Shown in pieces: positions 54,143-64,000 of a stretch of 64,000 bases of DNA (position 1 is the first letter of the stretch; the number at the start of each line of letters is the position of its first letter). This DNA is from the human T2T-CHM13v2.0 reference genome, Homo sapiens. The position numbers and the translations under genes are program-made. The notes below the pieces were generated by a model. It did no database searches. It had not been told where the DNA came from and saw only the letters and a list, made by a program, of their open reading frames with translations. Location: the NCBI RefSeq assembly GCF_009914755.1, contig NC_060936.1; one strand, written 5' to 3'.

Positions 54143-54568
54143 GTTTGTTGGAAGTTTGAAATCATCAATGAGTCTGAAAAATAAATTCAACTGTGATTTC
54201 TGGAGTGTCACCATATTCAGGACGCTGTGCTGAATGCCTTACAAACATGAGCTCACTGGGTCCTCACACTAACCATCAGATACTGTTATTTCCATTTTAC
54301 AGATGAAGAAGCTGAGACTCACACAGGGGAAATGATTTTCCTAAAGTAAGTGACGGAGCAGGGGCTCTAACCCAGGCCTGTTTCAAATCTAAAACTCGGG
54401 TTCTTAATCGATTTTGTGTTTCTAAATCCATTTACAAATTCCCAGGAAATCTTGGATCAAATCACAGTTTGCCCGTTTTCTCAGCTTTTCCATCTATTCA
54501 ATAGAATGAATGATTCCTGACCCATCCTGGAGTCAAGAAGTCTGAGAATGAGCTTGGCAGCCAGCGAC

Positions 54569-54611
54569 AACCAACCTTTGATTTCTGCAATGCAGGACAT
54601 GACACCATCTT
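54569..54611 (+). repeat. Short local duplication, copy B (partner 52584-52626)
   Basis: AACCAACCTTTGATTTCTGCAATGCAGGACATGACACCATCTT. Confidence 0.9.
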
Positions 54612-54650
54612 AAATGCATAGAGTGAAAACGAAACTTATTGAGGTCCTAG

Positions 54651-55143
<493 letters not shown>

Positions 55144-55631
55144 CCTTATTTTTCTTAGAGAATCTCTGTCTCCCTGCTAAAATATAACCACCTGGGATCC
55201 CCTTCTAACATATTATATGTTTTATCTATTTATTTTTTGTTAACTAATCTCCTTAAGGATTCATTAAGGACATCATTAATGAGTCATTAATGAATTTCCT
55301 TAAGGAATCTATCCCTGATAGAATATAACCACCTGGAAGGCAAGGAAATTTGTCTGTTTTGTTCACTGATGTGTCTCAAGATCTTAGGCCAGTACGAGCA
55401 GACAGGAGACCCATAGTAAATATGGCTGATCTGTAATAATATTCTCTCTCTATGCATCTGTCTCCTCAACAAGAACATAAAGTTGGCAAATCTGGGGTCT
55501 CTGTCTTCTTCCTTTTTCTACCTCTTAGTTCTTCATATTGACTGGCCTATAGGAGGCATCCAGTAGAAATGTGTTGAATAATAGCAATAATCATCTCTTC
55601 CTTTATGGAGATCTAATTATGTAGCAGGCCT

Positions 55632-56018
55632 TTTTTTTTTTTAATTTTACTTTAAGTTCTGGGATACGTGTGCTGAACGTGCAGGTTTGTTACATAGGTA
55701 TACATGTGCCATGGTGGTTTGCTGCACCTACCAACCCGTCATCTATGTTTTAAGCCCCTCATGCATTAGGTATTTGTCCTAATGCTCTCCTTCCCCTTGC
55801 CTCCTGCCCCTTGACCTGTCCCAGTGTGTGATGTTCTCCTCCCTGTGCCCATATGTTCTCATTGTTCAACTCCCACTTATGAGTGAGAACATGCAGTGTT
55901 TGGTTTTCTGTTCCTGTGTTAGTTTGCTGAGGATGATGGTTTCCAGCTTCATCCATGTCCCTGCAAAGGATATGAACTCATTCTTTTTATGGCTGCTTAG
56001 TATTCCATGGTGTATATG
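55632..56018 (-). mobile_element. 5'-truncated L1PA 3' end
   Basis: TTTACTTTAAGTTCTGGGATACGTGTGCTGAACGTGCAGGTTTGTTACATAGG; degenerate TSD GTAGCAGGCCT/GTGGCAGACCT. Confidence 0.93.
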
Positions 56019-57539
56019 GTGGCAGACCTTATTTTAACTACTTCATGTGCAGTATATCATTTGGTCCTCAAACAACACTACGTGGGAGATATCACTAATA
56101 TGTCCATTTTACAGATGAAGAAACTGAGGTACAGAGAGGCAAAATGTCCCACCCAAGTCTACAGAGAAGGCCATGTGCATAAGGCCTGGATAAATCACTA
56201 TAATATCATTGTATTAGCACCTCAATACATTTTTATTTTCACTCTTTTAAAAATTCTCTGAGATTAGATACATAAAATATGAAGTCAACACCTTTCTCGG
56301 TGGTGAACTGTCTGTGCGACACTTGTTTGCAGATATGTCACTGCCATGTTTTCCATTCTGGTCCAATATAGATTTTTCTCAAGTTGGCCACCTAATACAC
56401 AGAGGTGTGATTCAGGTTCCCTCAGCAGGGCTGTAGTGACGTTGTGACATTTGAACTAGGAATTGGAGGAAATTGATGCCATATATCAGACTCAATGCCA
56501 GTAGCTTCTTGGGGATATGTCAACAAAGGTCCTGAGAGATGATAACACAGAATTATAGAAAAGGCCTGGGTGGAACAGTCTTCAGGGAAGAAAGAGAAAC
56601 TGGGTCCTATTCATAACTGAGCAGTAGAGGTCCTCAAGATAAAAGCAATGTTTGGGGACAGCTGCTTAATGTCAACTCTCATGTACTTCCCTTAAAGCAA
56701 TTCCAAGTGAAGTTTAGAGACAGCAGGTGCCAGGGAGAAGAATATTAGTCTTCACAAAGCCCCTACTATGTGCCAGTCCTGGTGTGAGCTCAGCGATCAT
56801 TTTATATCATTCAATCTGGCGATTTTTAGCCCTGTCTGCATGTAAGACTCATCCAAAGAGATTTTTTTAAAGACAGAAGACACCCAAGACCCAGCCCCAG
56901 AGATTCTGAATCCACTGGCCTTAGGGAGCCTGGACAAAGCTGTGTTCCAGAACACTTAAAATGATTTCCATGTAGGGCTGGGGTTAAGAATCACTCGTTT
57001 AATCTTTGCAACAATTCTCCAATATTGACCTTACTCTCATCTGCCTTTTAGAGATGATGAAACCAAGGCTGAGTGGCTAAGGAACTAAGCCAAGGCCATC
57101 CAGCTAGCATGTGACAGAGCTTGGGTTCATGCCCAGGGCGTCTGACTACAAATTTGTTACTCTTTCTACTGCCAAAGTGGCCAGGGTGAATGGGCCCTGT
57201 GAACACCTTCAATCCCACTCCTTGGTCATGTAGACCTGGTAAAGATCAATGCCACCAGAATCCAGGTGGTCTCTATTCAAACACTCCTCCCAGAGGAATG
57301 AGCTTTGGGGACTCTAGTTTGCACACTCATATTGAACTCCTAAAAATGGAAATAATGGTGGAGGTGGGGCTGGGTCAAGAGCAGGATAGGAACCCAGTGT
57401 CTGGAACTTACCTTCATCCTTTTTCTGATCCGAGGGCTTGCTGGGACATTCCCCAATATCCTCTCCATCTTGGACTGCACTTCCAGGGAAGAAGGAACCA
57501 TGCAGGTTCCTACAAGGGACCTTAGGCTCCTGAGGAAGA

Positions 57540-58050
57540 AAGGGGCCATTTAGCCTTCCTGACTCTTTATTGCTTTAATTAGCTGTTTGGTGACCTGACA
57601 GTCTCTTTGATGCACGTCCAGCGTCGGCCTGTGAAATATGGGGAATGTCAGCTTGTCGAACAAGGGTCAGCTAGACTATCAATACTGTTGTCCATCAGGC
57701 AGATCCAGGCTGGGTGTTGGCCTGCAATGATTAAGCCATCTCTCCCCTCCCCCTGGCCAAAGTGTCGGTGGCGTGTGGAGCATGGCCCGTGGCTGGAGGC
57801 GAGGTGACGGTGTCGAGGCCATTGGGCGGCTGACTTCAAACCAGAGGCCCAGGGCAGCAAACTGCAGGGAGAAAGCACAGTCCAAGGTAAACAAACTATA
57901 ACAAACCCAAAAAAGGTGGCCAGTCAACAAGTCAGGACAAGAGGAGGGTCTCTGGGACACCCAGTGGGGTGCTCAGTCTTCAAGTTAACTCTGTCTGCAC
58001 TGCTGGCTTCTGGGAGCACAGAAATTTGTCCTAAATCATTACAATGGTAA
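57540..58050. promoter_or_regulatory. Candidate regulatory island (CpG-retaining)
   Basis: CpG cluster 57765-57830 with ATTGG and GGGCGG overlapping, FOX-like GTAAACA near 57887, TAATTA, donor ATG/gtaagt at 58046/58047. Confidence 0.35.
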
Positions 58051-58390
58051 GTAACACAGACCAAGAAACAAAAACTGTAAGGTTTGAGGCAACTAAAACA
58101 TCAGTGTATATTCATAGTGTGACGTGGCTAACAAATACATCGAAGGGATCTATAAATGCACTAATAAAGGTATACTGACTGCATTAAAGGAGGGGATTCA
58201 TTCATTTCCCGAGTATTAACTGAGCATGTATTATGTGCCATGGTTTAATCTAGTTGCTGTGGATATTACAGTAAACAAAAAAGACATAAATCCTTGCTCT
58301 CATGGAACTTTCAAGGCAATAGAAACAGATTTTAAAAGAATAATAATTAATTATAAGGTATGGTAACATGTGCAATAAAGAAACAAAAGT

Positions 58391-58727
58391 GACTGGGCAT
58401 GGTGGCTCAGGCCTCTAATCCCAGCACTTTGGGAGGCTGAGGTGGGTGGGTCACTTTGAGGCCAGGAGTTGGAGACCAGCCTGGCCAACATGGTGAAACT
58501 CTGTCTCTACTGAAAATACAAAAAATTATTGTATTTTCAGTAGAATGAAAATACTACTGAATGGTCTCACACACCTGTAGTCTCAGGCACTCAGTAGGAC
58601 TGAGGCAGGAAAATCACTTGAACCCTGGAGGCAGAGGTTGCAGTGAGCCAAGAACGCGCCACTGCACTTTAGCCTGGGAGACAGAGCAAGACTCCATCTC
58701 AAAAAAAACAAAACAAAACAAAAAAAA
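58391..58727 (+). mobile_element. AluS with rearranged central linker
   Basis: Dimer; linker carries a fold-back insertion. Confidence 0.93.
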
Positions 58728-59064
<337 letters not shown>

Positions 59065-59798
59065 TTATAACAGAAAATGTCTATGAGAGGGCAACATTTA
59101 AGCAGTCTTGAAGGGGGTTGAGAAAAAAGAGAGAGAGAGAGAGAATGTCACACAGAGATCTGTGGGAAGGGTCTTCCAGGAAGCGGGAACAGCCAGTGCA
59201 AAGGTCCGGAGATGGAATTGTGCCTGGAATGCTTGAGGAATGCAGGAAGCCTATTAAAAGTGGAGTGGTGTGAAATGAGCGAGAAGCCAGTGAGAGATGA
59301 AGTTGGAGAAATAATTTAGGCCAGATTTTGAAGGGCTTTGTGGACTATTGAAGGGATTTTAGCTTCTACTCTGAGTGAGACAGACAGTGTGGGAAAGTTT
59401 TGACCAGAAGAGTGACATGATCTGACTTAGGTTGTAATAAAATCCCTCTGGTTGCTTTTTGGAGACTACAGAAGGGCAAAGACAAAAGCTGGGAGACCAG
59501 TGACGAGGTTTCTAGGTGGCCTTCCCTGAACCAAGGTGGCGTGCAATCTATATCTATAACTACATCTATTTCTGTGTCTATATCTATACTTTTGTATATG
59601 CAAACACCATATATATAAACATTATATATATAAAATGCTTATATGTTGAAAGAAGTATCTATATAGTGTTTACTTGAGGATATATATTTATATAAAACTG
59701 TTTACTTGGCTGATTTGTACAAAAGGAAAGAACCAGGAATTCTAACTTATGAAAGTATAAAGAAAAAGGATCTCTGGGGAAGTATTTTTGGGGAAAGG

Positions 59799-60496
59799 TG
59801 GTATGGTTTGGCTGTGTCCCCACCCAAATCTCATCTCATGTTGTCATCTGAATTGTAATCCCCACGCGTCACAGGAGGGACCTGGTGGGAGGTGACTGGA
59901 TCAGGGGGGTGGTTTCCCCATGCTGTTCTCATGATAGTGAGTGAGTTCTCATGAGATCTGATGGTTTTATAAGGGGCTCTTCCCAATTGCTCAGCACTTC
60001 TCCTTCCTGCTGCCTTGTGAAGAAGTTTCTTTCTTCCCCTTCACCTTCAGCCATGATTGTGAAGTTTCCTGAGGCCTCCCCAGCCATGCTGAACTATGAG
60101 TCAATTAAACCTCTTTCCTTTATGAATTACCCAGTCTCCGGCAGTTCTTTTTTTTTTTTTTTTTTTCTTTTTTCAGAAGGAGTCTCCCTCTGTCGCCAGG
60201 CCGGAGTGCAGTGGCGCAATCTCAGCTCACTGCAACCTCTACCACCCCTGGGTTCAAGGGATTCTTCTGCCTTAGCCTCCCTAGTAGCTGGGACTACAGG
60301 CACGCGCCACCACGCCCAGCTAATTTTTTTGTATTTTTAGTAGTGACAGAGTTTCACTATGTTGGCCAGGATGGTCTCGATTTCTTGACCTCGTGATCCA
60401 CCTTCCTGCCTCCCAAAGTGCTGGGATAACAGATGTGAGCCACCACGTCTGGCCTCAGGCTGTTCTTTATAGCAGTATGAAAATGGACTAAGCAGA
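59799..60496 (+). mobile_element. THE1/MSTA solo LTR interrupted by an Alu
   Basis: TGGTATGGTTTGGCTGTGTCCCCACCCAAATCTCATCT...TTCTTTATAGCAGTATGAAAATGGACTAA. Confidence 0.92.
60148..60454 (-). mobile_element. AluSc-like inside the LTR
   Basis: TSD GGC(A/T)GTTCTTT. Confidence 0.93.
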
Positions 60497-61078
60497 GATT
60501 GGACCAGAAACACTCTTGGATTGCACATTAAGCAGTGTGGATTTGATCTGTGAGCACGGAGGAGCCATGGCAGGTGCTAGGGCAGGGAAGAATCATCATC
60601 AGATTGACTTCAGAATGATCCCTCTGGCTGTACAGCAGGAGACGTGTTGGTGGGACCATTGAGATGACTTTGGCAGTCATCAGGGTGGGAGTTCTTGAGG
60701 TCTTGTCCAGAAGGTGATGGTAGCATTAGAGAGAAGTGAGCAGATTTGAGTTATGATCAGAATGTAAAATAGAGGGGAGTTGAGTTGATGGGGTCTGAAA
60801 TTATCCCTGCAGCAATTCATGCTGTAACCACACTGCGCTCTCTGCAGGGTCAGTACCCACCAGACCCTTCCCACTTTCATCCTGGCCCCCCTGTCTACTC
60901 AAGTACTTTTCTTTACCTGAGAATGTCTTCCCTATCCCCTGTCCCATCCCATTTATCTCCCTCGTCCTCTATTCCCCTCTCAAGACTCAGCTCTCATTTC
61001 CTACTTCATGAAGTCTCACTTGACACCTCTACCCTGGATTCCTCCCTAATGTGACTTTGCCCTTCTCAATCCCACTTG

Positions 61079-61264
61079 CACACTGTAGTGACTGCTCTCA
61101 GGACTGCCATATAAAGTTGTGCAGGTTGGGCACTGTGCAAATGGTCTGGCCAAAGTGGCCAATGGGGGATGAGATCCATTGATTCACCAAGTCCTGACTG
61201 CTCCAAGGGAATACCTTTTTCACCTTTTTCTAATTCACACAAACCATGCGGTGGATTAGCCCTG
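61079..61264. mobile_element. MER91-like hAT-Tip100
   Basis: CAGGACTGCCATATAAAGTTGTGCAGGTTGGGCACTG...TAGCCCTG. Confidence 0.7.
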
Positions 61265-61551
61265 ATTGATTTCCAATATCTGCTGCACTGAATTGCAATT
61301 ACTCATTCACTTGTCACCTGCCCAGATAGACTTAGCTCATTTCTCCATCCCTAACACCTAGGACAGTGTCTGAATGTTTTTTGAATATAAATAGATGAGT
61401 AGATAGATATACACATGGGTGGATAGAAGAAAGGATGTTATTCTTCCCAGTTGTATAATACACCAACACAGAAAAATAATAATTAGCTTATGTCAAATGT
61501 CTCATTAGCATCCCCATGGGGCATCTTGTCAAGATACCACCATTTCTCCAC

Positions 61552-61750
61552 ATGAGGAGACAAACTTTTCCTGAAGGACCAAATAGTAAATATTTCAGCT
61601 TTGTGGTCCATAAAGTCCCTGTTGCAACTACCCAGCTCTGCCGCTGTGTGTGAAGGCAGCCACAGACAATGCATAAATGAATGGGCATGGCTGTGTTCCA
61701 ATAAAACTTTATTTACAGAATCAGGTGGGGAATGGTTTGCCTACCCTTGG
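61552..61750. mobile_element. MER58A
   Basis: CAAACTTTTCCTGAAGGACCAAATAGTAAATATTTCAGCTTTGTGGTCCATA...GTTCCAATAAAACTTTATTTACA. Confidence 0.88.
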
Positions 61751-62864
61751 TCCAGATCTCTATCTCACCAAGAAATTCTCTTTTTCATTTGTTTCTTTCC
61801 AATGACTCCATTTCTCTATGTCCAGACTGTAATGATTTATGATGCTAATAATATTTATAGCTAACACTTAATCTGTGTTTGTTCTGTGTCAGGCTCCAGC
61901 CTAAGCCCAGTTTATATATTATCCCAATTAATTCCCACAACCACCCTACAAGATACTAATGCTATTCCATATCGCAATGAAAAGACCAAGACACAAAAAC
62001 TTAAAGTGGCCCAAGGGTATATAGTTTTAATTGCTGAAGTGGGCTCTCTGACTACTGAGTCTTGGATATTAGCAACTTTATATATTAACATAATAATGTT
62101 AGTAATAAGAACAATAATAGCATCATTTTCTGAAGGCTTACTCTGTTCAAAGAGCATATCAGTGCTTTACAGCCATCTCTCTGATTTTTCCTAGCCACAC
62201 AGGAAGGTCAACATCTTACCCAGGGTCACACAGCTACAAAGCTGCATTTACATGAACTGTCTATACTATACCCCAGATGCTGGGAACTTTCTAGAAAATA
62301 GACTATTTGACTTGGTGGTCTTACTCCCCTGATGCCACTCAGTGCCGAATTTCTTCCTCCTTGCACGAGGTGTGCCTTAGGCTCTGTAGGTGCTTTTTAT
62401 CTTATCTGGCCCTTTCCCCCCTCACTTTGTGAGTTGTCACGTTTGTCATTCTAGGATAAACTTTCAGCCGGTGCAGCACGTACTTTGGGGTCATTGCCCT
62501 GTGTTACCCCAAGGATTGTTCAAATATTTGTGATCTTGTCAAGCTCCCTCTTACTGGATGTGTGTCATGGCAGTGTGGGAGGGGCATTTTATTCGGGGGG
62601 GATAAATGTGAGCCAGTGAGTAGCAAGCAGCCCTTCAAGGGAGGCCATGGAAGGCAGGTAGTAAATACACTACTTCTTGGCCCAAGGTCGTATGCAGGTG
62701 ACCTTCAAGAGGAAAGAGGGAGGTTAGCATTTATTGAGTATTTCCCATGTGCCGGGCACTTTTACACACATGGGTACAGGTGTTGTTCACAAATGCACTG
62801 AAAGGATTCTAAGAACCATTTCACTGATAAGAAAACCAAGGCTGAAAGTTTATCAGCTGTTCTA

Positions 62865-63365
62865 CAGGGGTTCTGATATTGCGTGTGCATGTGTGTGTGT
62901 GTGTATACACACCATAGACTTTTGGCAGTCTACTGAAGTCTCGGGATCCCTTCTCAGAATAGTGTTTTAAAATACGTAAAATAAGATAGTTAAATAAGAT
63001 TACTAAAGAAATCAACTGCATTGAAGTACAGTTATCAAATAGGAAAGAAATTGTAATATGGTGATATTTGTGCTTCTTTTTCAACTCGTGAAATATCAAG
63101 TCCCAGCAGCAGATCTAATAACAACCACGATGGCAGAGGTGTCATGAGGTTAAAGTACATCAAGTTATCTGTGACATATGTGATGTGATATGCCAATATC
63201 AGTGATATTTATTGGTGACAAAGTCACAAAGGTTCCCAAATCCTGCTACATATATGTTGCCTATATTCAGAATTAACAGAAAGAAATACTTAATTTCAGT
63301 TTGAGGCTGGTCAACAAAGATATGACGTATTTTCTTTCTGTCCAGGTTCACGAGTGCCCTGAATT
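62865..63365 (+). mobile_element. hAT-Charlie fragment (Charlie4-like)
   Basis: CAGGGGTTCT...TTTGGCAGTCTACTGAAGTC...CCCTTCTCAGAATAGTGTTTTAAAAT. Confidence 0.65.
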
Positions 63366-63791
63366 CCATCCACAGAGCTATTGGATGTTTGGAGCCCAGG
63401 TGAAGATCCCAGAGCTGGGGAACGAAAGGTTGGAAAAGCCCAGCCAGCTGTGCAAGCCTCCAGAGACACTCTCTTGACTGCGGTGAGGTGCCTGCCACAA
63501 AACCCCTAGCTCCCTGCTCTTCAACCTCTGGCTTTGGCGGCAGGTGAACCAGTTAGCCATGCCAGGAGGCAGAAAGGGCAGAACGCAGAGCCTGCCTTTT
63601 GAAGCCTTTTGCTTCCTTTGATGTGCAGATTTTATCAAGGTCCTTTCTGGAGTTGGGCAAATCCCAGTTGCCTTCTTCAAATCCTCCTTTTGAGAATATT
63701 TCCAGAGAATCCCCAAACCGCTCTCCTATGGTTTATTTTAGGCTGCTTACTTGCTTGCATTCATTTATTTACTTATTTATTTATTTTGCAG

Positions 63792-63884
63792 AGGAAAGTG
63801 ATAGCCTGCTGGGCTGGACCTGGACTTTGAGACAGAACTTTCGAATCCGAAGAAGAGATGATTTTCAGATAGTCCTCCTTCCAG
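63792..63884 (+). other. Candidate exon (93 nt)
   Basis: Long T-rich tract ending ttttgcag, donor CAG/gtcagg; open in phase 1-1 (EESDSLLGWTWTLRQNFRIRRRDDFQIVLLPG); no homology recognised. Confidence 0.2.
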
Positions 63885-64000
63885 GTCAGGTTTAAGAAAA
63901 ATAGTGAAGGGAAATATTAATAAACATGATCAAAATATTCATGTGTAATAATTAAGCAATTCAGCGCCTTGAACTTAACAGGTTTAAGTTGAAATTCCTT

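Noticed and set aside
53817-54233. His/Tyr/Met/Cys-rich ORFs on both strands
   Set aside because: Translation artefacts of the alternating purine-pyrimidine tract.

Overview
This is primate (human-like) nuclear DNA, not prokaryotic. It is intronic or intergenic, roughly 40-45% GC by eye, CpG-depleted and dominated by interspersed repeats. These include about 22 Alu/FRAM elements (J, S and Y lineages), a ~6.7 kb degenerate minus-strand L1 with nested insertions, and several L1 3' fragments. There are many ERVL-MaLR solo LTRs (MLT1, MST, THE1), hAT fossils (MER3, MER5, MER20, MER45, MER58, MER81, MER91, MER102, Charlie), three MADE1 mariner MITEs, abundant MIR/L2 and microsatellites. I can support no protein-coding gene, rRNA, tRNA or CRISPR array. 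The supplied ORFs are Alu, L1 or low-complexity artefacts or chance frames, and I could not identify the locus. I found no convincing new biological system. The most interesting signals are: a consensus REST/NRSF (RE1) site next to a candidate exon and a locally duplicated 184-bp unique element; three short paired duplications of similar divergence (88-91%); several fold-back or templated-insertion scars inside repeats; a probable L1 3' transduction; and a few enhancer-like repeat-free islands. Repeat subfamily names and most repeat boundaries are approximate, recognised from memory of consensus sequences.
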